IMG/VR virus record: IMGVR_UViG_3300025590_000010
Coordinates: 1 to 53,744 of that record
Length of the DNA: 53,744 nt
Direction: 5' to 3' (one strand)
Source: a virus
Lineage: Duplodnaviria; Caudoviricetes
The position numbers and the translations under genes are program-made. Each line of letters starts with the position of its first letter. Position 1 is the first letter of the stretch. Positions 19,347 through 28,070 of this stretch are shown piece by piece. The notes below the pieces were generated by a model. That model made no database searches. It saw nothing but the letters and a program-made list of their open reading frames with translations, and had not been told where the DNA came from.

Positions 19347-20894
19347 TTACTGTCTATCATCTGTAGCATACTCAAAGAGTGCTGTGTCTAATAGGAATGC
19401 TGCATCATCACTATTATCTTCAATACGTATCGCTACTGTTTCACCAGAGCCAATAACTTGGTTAAGGTAATTCTGAGTTCTAGGCGCACCAAACACAGCA
19501 GTGCCAAAAGTAGACGTGTTATCACTATAGATGCCGACCGCACCACCCGTCTGTACAATCTGAAACGAAGGTGGCTGAATATACCCTGTTCTGCCTTGAT
19601 TAAACTTAATACCTGCAGTTATATTGATAGCACCAAAAGGCTTAATGTAAAAGTTCAACTTATAGAAAGTCTTACGTACTTGAGGGTCATTAATAGGCAT
19701 ATAAGGTGATTCATAGATAGCATCAATAGCAGAGCCATTACGGCTAGTGCCTACATCTAAGTTATACACGTAGCCATCATTATTAGCAAAGATACGATAC
19801 TCATCCTCACCAATAAACTGAGAGTCTGCAATGTATACTTTAAAGCCTTTAAGCTCAGCCCACTGAAAGCCTTGACCCCCTTGGTCAATAAACTTAGTAC
19901 CTAGCACACCCTTAGCAACACCATCCCGTTCACTGTCTACATAAGCAAACAATCTGTACTGAGCTTTACTACGAATAACAGTACTGCTAAAACTAGCAGC
20001 GTAGTCCTGTAGTTTAGTTACTGTAGGTCTAATGTTCTTAGATGCAACATCAATACCAAAGTCACCAATACGGTCTGTAGAACTTAGTGTACGCAAACCG
20101 TCAGGGCCAAGGAACATAACATCTGCGCCTACCTCTTGGATAGTATCAGCACTTAAGCATCCCAAGTCTTCTGTCACAGCACTCATAGAAAAGTCTGCTG
20201 CGCTAGTACCTGTGATACGCATGATCTTATCTACAGCAAAGATGATAAGCTGATCACGGAATACAATAAGACCTGTTATCTCTGAACCAATACTTATACT
20301 ACCAGCACCGTTAGCTGGGTCTAAGTCATCTGCACTATAGGGTGCTGTAAAGACTAGCTCTGTACCTACACCAAAGAAGAGCGTACTCTTAAACATACAA
20401 ACATGACTAGCACCCTCTACAGCATCATTAGTTGCTGAACTTGTCATGTGCGTCAATGTACCCGCAGTGCGATCATAGTATGCAGGGAAGTTTACACCAT
20501 CAACAAAGCATATCTGGTATACGTTATTGAAGTTGTATCGTGCCTGTCTTACCTTAGTGAAGGTAGTGTTAGGTGCTGTAGCAAGAGAAGTCCATGTAGG
20601 TGTAGCATCAATGGCGTTGCCTATGTAGTATACGCCATTACGTGCAGCAATGACCTTTTGGTTGTTAGCCTGCTGCACTAACGCTAGAGCCTGTACTACA
20701 CCAGAGCCAGGAAGCTCAGCATCAATAAACTTTGTGTAGCCTGCTACCTTACGGTAACCACCATCAAGTGAAGGCTCAAAGTTCTGCAGTTGAAATGCTG
20801 AACCTACGTTATTAATACCTTGTTGTAGTGGGCTGATGTTTGTAATCAACCCACCAGTAAAAGGTACAGGAAATGTTTGCCACTGTGTAGCCAT
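19347..20894 (-). CDS. Tail nozzle / tail tubular protein B-like
   Basis: 515 aa beta-rich; FTGGL...NFEPSLDGGYR; follows adaptor gene. Confidence 0.65.
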   Translation of the reverse strand: MATQWQTFPVPFTGGLITNISPLQQGINNVGSAFQLQNFEPSLDGGYRKVAGYTKFIDAELPGSGVVQALALVQQANNQKVIAARNGVYYIGNAIDATPTWTSLATAPNTTFTKVRQARYNFNNVYQICFVDGVNFPAYYDRTAGTLTHMTSSATNDAVEGASHVCMFKSTLFFGVGTELVFTAPYSADDLDPANGAGSISIGSEITGLIVFRDQLIIFAVDKIMRITGTSAADFSMSAVTEDLGCLSADTIQEVGADVMFLGPDGLRTLSSTDRIGDFGIDVASKNIRPTVTKLQDYAASFSSTVIRSKAQYRLFAYVDSERDGVAKGVLGTKFIDQGGQGFQWAELKGFKVYIADSQFIGEDEYRIFANNDGYVYNLDVGTSRNGSAIDAIYESPYMPINDPQVRKTFYKLNFYIKPFGAINITAGIKFNQGRTGYIQPPSFQIVQTGGAVGIYSDNTSTFGTAVFGAPRTQNYLNQVIGSGETVAIRIEDNSDDAAFLLDTALFEYATDDRQ

Positions 20895-20896
20895 TA

Positions 20897-21607
20897 TTAA
20901 GCTCTCAGGCTAGGTCTATTGCGTGTAATAACTGTAGAACGTATGTAGTCATAACGGTTTATGTACAAACTACGCATGTACTTAATACCTGATTCAAACT
21001 TACCCTGTGCAATCTGAGATGCCTGTGTATCAGCACGGAACTGATAAGCGTAGAACATAGCACCATCTACAATAGTATGCTTAAACTCAATAGGAACGTT
21101 AGGTACATCATCATACAACTCAAGTGATACCTGATTGCGGTAGTACTCATATACTATTTCATATGCTTTGTCTGGGGTAGGTATTATGAGAAACTCTTGA
21201 CTAGGTGCTCGTGAAACATGACGGGGAATATCTTGTAAATCGCTACTAGAGTTATACTCATAATCAACGTATCTGTCAAGGTATTCTTGATAATCCATTG
21301 ATTTAAGTTTAGTAGTGCTTACATTTAATGCGTCACTTTTCTTTATGCGAAAGCTTTGCATATCAATTAGTTTAGCATCAGTAGGATAATCGTAACGTGT
21401 TACACCAGGAGTAAGAGTCTCTTCTTCTAGGATGTGATTCCAAGGCCAGTTATACTCTTCATGGTTGATATGTCTTAGTGAGGCATTTACAGCATCCTTA
21501 GCTGAACTATAGAAACCTCCAGCAGTATCAAAGTTAGAACTTGTTAGCTCTACTTCATTAAGCCTGCGATTTACCTCGTTTACTAGCCCTAAATAGTTAT
21601 ATGCCAT
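20897..21607 (-). CDS. Tail adaptor / tail tubular protein A-like
   Basis: YLGLVNEVNRRLNEV N-terminus, WPW and PTPDKAY motifs. Confidence 0.7.
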   Translation of the reverse strand: MAYNYLGLVNEVNRRLNEVELTSSNFDTAGGFYSSAKDAVNASLRHINHEEYNWPWNHILEEETLTPGVTRYDYPTDAKLIDMQSFRIKKSDALNVSTTKLKSMDYQEYLDRYVDYEYNSSSDLQDIPRHVSRAPSQEFLIIPTPDKAYEIVYEYYRNQVSLELYDDVPNVPIEFKHTIVDGAMFYAYQFRADTQASQIAQGKFESGIKYMRSLYINRYDYIRSTVITRNRPSLRA

Positions 21608-21927
21608 TATTTATTCCTTACACGTAAACGAACCTTACGTTCTACTACTAACCCATTCGTGTCGGCTATACGGCAGTAGAACTGATACTCTATATTATTA
21701 TCACCAGAGCCTAAACGTGCAGTTGCTACTTTGTCTGTGTTAGTAGCAGAGATAAGCTGTATGCCCTTCACAAGCTGCCCACTAGGGATAAGCTGAGTCT
21801 TTACACCATCAGCATCATCAACAAACCAAGTAACACTACTAAGTGTTGCACCGCTAAGAAAGCGTGACCAGTCAATGCTATAGTCTAGTATTTCATCAGG
21901 GTCTTTGTTGGGCCATTTAAGAGACAT
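21607..21927 (-). CDS. Fibre-tail adaptor-like structural protein
   Basis: KDPDEILDYSIDWS motif. Confidence 0.6.
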   Translation of the reverse strand: MSLKWPNKDPDEILDYSIDWSRFLSGATLSSVTWFVDDADGVKTQLIPSGQLVKGIQLISATNTDKVATARLGSGDNNIEYQFYCRIADTNGLVVERKVRLRVRNK

Positions 21928-21938
21928 TATTATTATTC

Positions 21939-22751
21939 CTATGCTGCACGAACATACGCTGTGTTACCTAGTGTACTATACTCACCAATGTAAGCAGTAC
22001 GATCTCTGCTGTAGTTATCTTTAATTGCTTCATAGTCAAACTGTACTACATTGACTGTCTCATCTCCTACAGTAAATGTACCTTGTACGCCTGTTGGTAC
22101 TACTACAGCTTTACAGTCTAGTGTGACAGTATTCAGTGCTGTTGTACCTGCGACACCCGTTAGCGCTACATCAGCCTCAGCATCAATGACAACCTCATCC
22201 CCGTCAACCAGAATAGAGTCAGTGATAATGTCACCTTCTACCCCTACAGGAAGTACAACAGACTTAGCTGCTACAGTTACAGTATTTGCCGCACCAGTGC
22301 CTGCAACACCTGTAACGCTAAACACTGCTTCTGCATCGATGATGATCTCATCGCCAGACACGAGTGGGTCATCCGTGATTACATCAGCTTCTACACCAGT
22401 CGGTGCAACTACAGCCTTAGCTACTACTGTTACATCATCTACTGCACCAGTACCTGATACACTGTTTGTAGTAAAGACAACACCTGTACCGCCTGTGGCT
22501 GTAACTGTGTTAGCTGTTCCTGTAGCAGATACACTTGCTGGTGTAAGAACTGCCTCAGCTTGGGGGGTAGGTACACCTATAGCACCATCACCCTGTGTGC
22601 CTACAAGATCAACATTAGTACGTGAGCTAACGTCAATCCCTGTATCTACTGCACCTGTGCCTACTACACCAGTAAGTAAGACTGTAGGGCTGGCCTGCTC
22701 ATAGCTCTCACCAAAGGTAGCTACGGAGAAAGGATTAGTTGAGTAGGCCAT
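21939..22751 (-). CDS. Structural protein with Val/Thr/Gly-rich repeats
   Basis: Repeated V..TGV.GT units in the structural module. Confidence 0.55.
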   Translation of the reverse strand: MAYSTNPFSVATFGESYEQASPTVLLTGVVGTGAVDTGIDVSSRTNVDLVGTQGDGAIGVPTPQAEAVLTPASVSATGTANTVTATGGTGVVFTTNSVSGTGAVDDVTVVAKAVVAPTGVEADVITDDPLVSGDEIIIDAEAVFSVTGVAGTGAANTVTVAAKSVVLPVGVEGDIITDSILVDGDEVVIDAEADVALTGVAGTTALNTVTLDCKAVVVPTGVQGTFTVGDETVNVVQFDYEAIKDNYSRDRTAYIGEYSTLGNTAYVRAA

Positions 22752-22761
22752 GCTTTACTCC

Positions 22762-25242
22762 TTATGCAGCAGCATCACTTGAGAGTACACCGTACCAGTT
22801 TGTACCACCATCACGTGTATGGAAGACCAACACATCAGTTTCACCACTTGCAGGAGCATCTGGTGCAGTACCACCTGCCCACTTAACTGAGCTAGGCCAT
22901 GTGACTGTTGAGCCGTTGCCTGTTAGCTGTAGGACAAAACCAACAGAACGTCCTGACGTTACACTACCAAAGGTAAAGGTTGTGTTACCTGACATGGTAA
23001 GGCTAAATGCACCTGCATTATCTGCATCAGGTGCGGGAGAAGTGCCAGACAGACTATCATAATCCTCTTGCAAACTCTCCGCTAAAACAACACCAGAAAA
23101 AGTAGGGGATGAGGAAACATTAAGCGTAACTGAACCGGACGATCCTCCACCAGTTAAGTTAGTACCAGCCGTGACGCCAGTGATATCTCCAGTGTTTGTG
23201 GTATAGCCAGCACCGTTAGTAAGCTGGTTATTATTTGTAATGTAGTTAGCATTGGTTGCACCAGTGTAACCTAAATCACCAAGAGTTAAAGTACGAGTAC
23301 CCATGCTGGTAATAACACCGTCTGTGACGAAGATATTATCAATAATAGTTGAGCCAGAAGTATTGATGTCGCTGTCAGTGCCGATTACAGTGTTGTATGT
23401 ACCAGACGCTTGCTTACCATCCAGCGCAGTCTGCAACCCATCTACATTTGAGATAACGTGGTTGTGGCTATCGTCTGCTACAGTAACAGTGAGTGTAGCA
23501 TTGCCAAGGTTAGTGAATGTAGCGCTACCAGACGCATCACCAGAAAGCGTCAATGTAGGGTCAGCCGTGGCTGTGGTAGCAATGGACACGTTGCCCAAGT
23601 TAGTCATTGTGCCTGAGCCAGTAACTGCACCTGTGAGTGTAACTGTCGGGTCAGATGTAGCAGTAGTAGCAATACTGATATTACCAGAGCCATCAAAGTT
23701 GGCATTACCTGTGACAGCACCTGTGACAGCAATATTACGTGCGGTTGCTAATGTGCTTGCCGTACTTGCGTTGCCACTAAGAGCAGCAGTAACTGTACCA
23801 GCACTAAAGTTACCAGAAGCATCACGGGCTACAACTTTAGATGCCGTATTGTTAGGGGTAGCATCTACGTTAAGCGTAGGTGTAGAACCCTCACCAGATG
23901 TACCACCTGTAAGGTAGTTTCCTGATGTAACAGTAGATACGTAATCACCTGTAGTGTCAGTACCAAGTGCTACAGAGTTAGGCTGGATAGTAGTAGCAAT
24001 AGAAGCATTACCTGTACCGTCAACACCAGTAACGCTACCAGTGACATCACCTGTCAAACTAATAGTGCGACCTGTCTCCCAAGCTGTTGCAGTAGCTGCA
24101 TTGCCTGTTGTGTCTTGGTTACCTGCAGTGTTAACACCGGGAAGGTTAATGCTTGCTGTACCATCAAATGATACACCACCAATGTTACGTGCTGTCTCAA
24201 GGGCAGTAGCTGTATCAGCATTACCTGTTACATCCCCAGCGACATTACCTGTTACATTACCTGTTAAGGCTGCTGCCACACTATTAAATGTTACATCAGA
24301 AGATGTTTCTACAGCCTGACCAATGTTAATGCCAGAGCCATCTACAGTAACACCTGTACCTGCATCAGCAGAGAATGTAGTACCTGTGAGTGTTACACCG
24401 TTACCTGCACTGTATACAGCAGTCTCAGCGATTACAGAGAAAGTAATGTTAGTAGTACCGAATGTAATCGTACCACTTGTGTTCATCACATAGAGTTCAC
24501 CTGCACCTGTGTCACCTTCTTTAACGAAGAATGCGTCACCTTCACCAAACGCATTAGGGTCTGATACACCATAAGAGTCAGCATCTGTAGAACGAGTAAG
24601 TACCCAGTTAGTAGAGCCATCACCTACAGTAGTAACAGTATAAATACCATTGTGTGCAGCATTAGTTTGGTTATAAATAAGTACACGATCTGCAGAGCTA
24701 AGAGCTACGCCATCAATAGTAATAGCTGCTTGTGTACCTGCATTAGTAAGTGTAGCACCTACGCCAGATGTACCATTGTCATATGTAGCGTTTAGGTTAG
24801 TTGGTGATTCTACACGTACTGGGTCATGATAGTGAATACCTGCAGCAGCAATAGTGTCAACGTACTGCTTTGTAGCTGCGTGTAATGCACTCTGAGGATC
24901 ACGATTAAGTTCAAGATCACCTGCAGCATTAAAGAATGCAGCTTTAGTAGCAGGCTGTGTAATGAACACCTCAGACTGTGCTGTAAGACTAACGGCACTT
25001 CCTGAGTTAGAACTTGCTAAAATGGTAGTACGAGCTAGGAGTGATGAACCTTCTGTCCATGTACCTAGCCCGACTTCCCATTCATTAGTGCTAGGCTCTA
25101 GTAAGGCATAGTACGTAGTATCGCCATCAGACAAAGCAGCAGCAAAAGTCTGAAAGCCATCCACTGTACCATTGAGGGTAAGTGTACCCGTACCTGTAGT
25201 GGTACTTGTTTGTTTTACTCTGTCTTTAATTACTAGAGCCAT
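22762..25242 (-). CDS. Second long fibre protein (tail or head fibre)
   Basis: LVIKDRVKQTSTTTGTGT N-terminus, GNA.TA..L.TAR.I repeats, C-terminal TWP..VKW.GG..P domain. Confidence 0.7.
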   Translation of the reverse strand: MALVIKDRVKQTSTTTGTGTLTLNGTVDGFQTFAAALSDGDTTYYALLEPSTNEWEVGLGTWTEGSSLLARTTILASSNSGSAVSLTAQSEVFITQPATKAAFFNAAGDLELNRDPQSALHAATKQYVDTIAAAGIHYHDPVRVESPTNLNATYDNGTSGVGATLTNAGTQAAITIDGVALSSADRVLIYNQTNAAHNGIYTVTTVGDGSTNWVLTRSTDADSYGVSDPNAFGEGDAFFVKEGDTGAGELYVMNTSGTITFGTTNITFSVIAETAVYSAGNGVTLTGTTFSADAGTGVTVDGSGINIGQAVETSSDVTFNSVAAALTGNVTGNVAGDVTGNADTATALETARNIGGVSFDGTASINLPGVNTAGNQDTTGNAATATAWETGRTISLTGDVTGSVTGVDGTGNASIATTIQPNSVALGTDTTGDYVSTVTSGNYLTGGTSGEGSTPTLNVDATPNNTASKVVARDASGNFSAGTVTAALSGNASTASTLATARNIAVTGAVTGNANFDGSGNISIATTATSDPTVTLTGAVTGSGTMTNLGNVSIATTATADPTLTLSGDASGSATFTNLGNATLTVTVADDSHNHVISNVDGLQTALDGKQASGTYNTVIGTDSDINTSGSTIIDNIFVTDGVITSMGTRTLTLGDLGYTGATNANYITNNNQLTNGAGYTTNTGDITGVTAGTNLTGGGSSGSVTLNVSSSPTFSGVVLAESLQEDYDSLSGTSPAPDADNAGAFSLTMSGNTTFTFGSVTSGRSVGFVLQLTGNGSTVTWPSSVKWAGGTAPDAPASGETDVLVFHTRDGGTNWYGVLSSDAAA

Positions 25243-25256
25243 AGTCTATGCTCCTA

Positions 25257-25694
25257 TTAAGCGATACGAATGATAGCGTTTGATGCGTCTGCAGCAGGGA
25301 ACTGAATAGTGTAGTCACCATTTGTAGAAGTTTTAGTACCACCAAAGTCAATCACTGCGATTGCTGCATTAGAAGCATTAGTATTATAAATAATACAACC
25401 GTCTGCAGAGATAGTAGAAGATGTGAATACTTCATCATCAATGTCAATGATAGCAGTTGTGCCATCTACTGAGATAGTAACGTTGTCTAGTACTTGACCA
25501 CCAGCTGTATAACCAGTGCCTGTAGCTTCGTCAGAGTTACCAGTTACGTCAGAGTAGTTAGTAGTTGCAGCACCATAAGTGCCTGAAGGTGTAGCTTTAA
25601 TCAGAGCCAGTTTGATAGAGTGGGTATCCAAATCATGAGTACCACCCAGTAGTTCCGACTTAAAGCTTGTACACATTGCTGTTGTGATAGCCAT
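25257..25694 (-). CDS. Conserved structural protein downstream of the capsid gene
   Basis: MAIT.AMCTSFK.ELL.G.H...IKLAL...GYTAGG...DFGG.K. Confidence 0.6.
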   Translation of the reverse strand: MAITTAMCTSFKSELLGGTHDLDTHSIKLALIKATPSGTYGAATTNYSDVTGNSDEATGTGYTAGGQVLDNVTISVDGTTAIIDIDDEVFTSSTISADGCIIYNTNASNAAIAVIDFGGTKTSTNGDYTIQFPAADASNAIIRIA

Positions 25695-25726
25695 TATTGG
25701 AGTCCTTTGTAAGAGTATAACGTACT

Positions 25727-25755
25727 AAAGGGCCAGCCTCAGAAGAGACCAGCCC
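25727..25755 (-). terminator. Terminator after major capsid gene
   Basis: GGGCUGGUCUC-UUCU-GAGGCUGGCCC then UUU on minus strand. Confidence 0.7.
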
Positions 25756-25771
25756 AATAGGTTACGCAAGA

Positions 25772-26836
25772 TTAGGCAGCGTTGTAACGTGCTGTGATAA
25801 GTGCCTCGGGGCGCAAGATTTTGCGTCCGTAAAGGTGCATACCACGTACAATGTCAGCAAAGCTGTCTGGGTCACGGTAGTTCTCAACTTTGTTGATCTG
25901 CTCAGCAGAAGCAACAGCATCGTCCTGACCAGCTACGATAACACCGTAGTTAGCGTCTTGTGCAGTTGTACCAGAAGTACCAGCACCAGTGCCTTTAGCA
26001 GGCAAAGCATTGGACACATAAACACGGAAGCCGTGAATGTTGTTCAACACCAGACCGTTTTGCAAGCCTGAGCCACCAAAGTCGCCATTCAACATACGTG
26101 AATCTTCGTCTTTGAGCATCTCTACGAACACGGGGTCAAGAACGACCCAACGTCCACGTGCATCTACATTTGCTGTGTCCATCTTACGAGCCATACGTGC
26201 AAGTACAGTCAAAGGGGATACAGTTGTAGCTGACAGGGCTGTTGCACCTGGCAAACGTGGAGCCAATGGTACGGAGTCACCTGCAGTCGCTGTACCAGCA
26301 ATAGTCAAGTTACCGAAGTCAGTTGCGTCTAGGTGATTAGCTGCAAGATATTCACCTTCTACTGCAGCATTGTCTAATGCTGTGCCGTGCTGTGCATCAC
26401 CACTAGAGGTAGCAATAAATGCACCTGCAGATGTGTGACCTGAGAGGTAAGACAATACGTCTGCATCCATTGCATCAGCCATCTTATATGCAGCACGATC
26501 AGCAGCCAAGCTGGTGAAGTCTACGTTTGCAAACTGCTCTTCAATGTCATCCATTTTGAAAGCAAAGTAGTTAGCTTTGTCAATGGTGAGCGAGAAGTCA
26601 GAGTCATCAAGCTTCTCTACTGAGATACCTGTGTGACGCTGCAGAGCGTTGACTGTTACGTCTGGCTCTTTTTGAATGCGAACTGTGTCGCCTTGGTTTG
26701 CAATCTCACCAAAGTAAGAGTTGTTAGTGATTGCGTTAGTTACAGCTGCACGGCGAAGTGCAATCTGTGCTTGTTTGGAGTAAATAATCGGGGAGAAGTT
26801 CCCGTCAAATCCACCACTAGCGGAAGTAATAGCCAT
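25772..26836 (-). CDS. Major capsid protein
   Basis: NFSPIIYSK, GEIANQGDTVRI, F.DIVRGMHLYG.KILRPEA; follows scaffold. Confidence 0.9.
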   Translation of the reverse strand: MAITSASGGFDGNFSPIIYSKQAQIALRRAAVTNAITNNSYFGEIANQGDTVRIQKEPDVTVNALQRHTGISVEKLDDSDFSLTIDKANYFAFKMDDIEEQFANVDFTSLAADRAAYKMADAMDADVLSYLSGHTSAGAFIATSSGDAQHGTALDNAAVEGEYLAANHLDATDFGNLTIAGTATAGDSVPLAPRLPGATALSATTVSPLTVLARMARKMDTANVDARGRWVVLDPVFVEMLKDEDSRMLNGDFGGSGLQNGLVLNNIHGFRVYVSNALPAKGTGAGTSGTTAQDANYGVIVAGQDDAVASAEQINKVENYRDPDSFADIVRGMHLYGRKILRPEALITARYNAA

Positions 26837-27042
26837 GATTGATTCCTTTCAAAGATATGGCGTGAAGATAGACACTACATACCCACTTGAAAGAGGCTCG
26901 TCTTAGTAGGGTGGTCAGCGTTGCTCTAAGGATGGCCGTCCGTTGAGCGCTGGGCCTATAATCTGAGGTAGTTCTTTTGGTGTGGCTAGTGCTTATTGAA
27001 AAGCATGTACAGGCAGTTTATGCCTGACACTGTACATACCTA

Positions 27043-27072
27043 TAGTTTTATCTACTAATGAGAGTTTGTCAA
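27043..27072 (-). promoter_or_regulatory. Promoter for capsid gene, TTGACA-N16-TAAAACTA
   Basis: Minus strand -35 at 27072-27067, box at 27050-27043. Confidence 0.7.
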
Positions 27073-27073
27073 C

Positions 27074-28003
27074 TTATTTCTTACTCATATCGTAAATAAA
27101 CTTACCAGAGCGCTGAGCATCAAAGATCTCATCCATGCGCTTCTCGTATTCCTTAATAGACATCTTAGCTACCTGTGACTCAGTGATGTACTTAGATGAA
27201 TCATCTGTGTCTGGTGTAGCACGTCCTTTAGCTTTAATCGAGGACGCTGCTGCCTTATCTGAACTAGAAGAGGCTTTAGTCTTAATGCCTTGATCTGCCT
27301 TATAAAGATCAATAACACGTGCAACTGACTTAGCGTCTTCACTGTTCTCATACAGAGCATCCTGTACGACTTTAGGTTGTTTCTCTGCCCAAGAGTGGAA
27401 CGCATCATCTGCACGAATCTCTTGGAAGTCGGGGTGAAAAGAGAGTAACTCTGCTTCTGCCTTCTCACGCTTAGCTGTAGAACGTAAAGATTCAATCTCT
27501 TTTAAACGTCCATCAAGCTCAGAGGAGCGCTCACTAGCTTTCTTATCAGCGATAGCCTCAACGATACCTGCTACATCTGGATACTTCTTAGCCCAAGCCT
27601 CTACTTCGTCTTCTGACTTAGGTAGTACAAGCTCATTCTTTGTAGCTGCATCTAGCTGTGCTGTAAGCTTATCTAGTTGTGCCTGAAACGCTTTCTCTTT
27701 CTCTTGAGTGTGTCGCCGTAGATCACCATAACGTTTCTTGAAGTTCTTTTCCTCAGGGCTTAGATCTTCATCTTGTGCTTTGGCTTGTGGTTCTTCTTCT
27801 TGTTTGGTACTACTCTCTGCCTGAACTTGGGGTTCGCTAGGCTCTGAGCTATAGGGTTGCGCTTCAACAGCTTCTTCTTCTGTTTCATCTTGTGTTACGC
27901 CTGCCTGTTTAAGCAGTTCCCGTAGCTCAGCCTCATCACGTTCTACACGAGAAAGGTTACGTTTGTGGGACTTTGAGTCCGTTTGAATTAGGGCTTCCGA
28001 CAT
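27074..28003 (-). CDS. Capsid scaffolding protein
   Basis: Acidic N-terminus, FKKRYGDLRRH coiled-coil, HPDF; between portal region and MCP. Confidence 0.75.
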   Translation of the reverse strand: MSEALIQTDSKSHKRNLSRVERDEAELRELLKQAGVTQDETEEEAVEAQPYSSEPSEPQVQAESSTKQEEEPQAKAQDEDLSPEEKNFKKRYGDLRRHTQEKEKAFQAQLDKLTAQLDAATKNELVLPKSEDEVEAWAKKYPDVAGIVEAIADKKASERSSELDGRLKEIESLRSTAKREKAEAELLSFHPDFQEIRADDAFHSWAEKQPKVVQDALYENSEDAKSVARVIDLYKADQGIKTKASSSSDKAAASSIKAKGRATPDTDDSSKYITESQVAKMSIKEYEKRMDEIFDAQRSGKFIYDMSKK

Positions 28004-28070
28004 TTATTACTCCTTATGTTGGGGCCAGCCTTAGCTGGGTAGCCTTATAGTTTTATGGGTAGTCTAGTAG

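Noticed and set aside
14823-21601. Isolated TAHAACTA words inside coding regions (14823, 17721, 21594)
   Set aside because: Intragenic and no TTGACA seen at the 16-bp spacing; compatible with chance
4533-24319. Long plus-strand ORFs opposite structural genes (e.g. 18296-19081, 22051-22704, 23303-23917)
   Set aside because: Antisense shadows of Ala/Thr/Gly-rich genes with biased codons; no RBS or recognisable motifs
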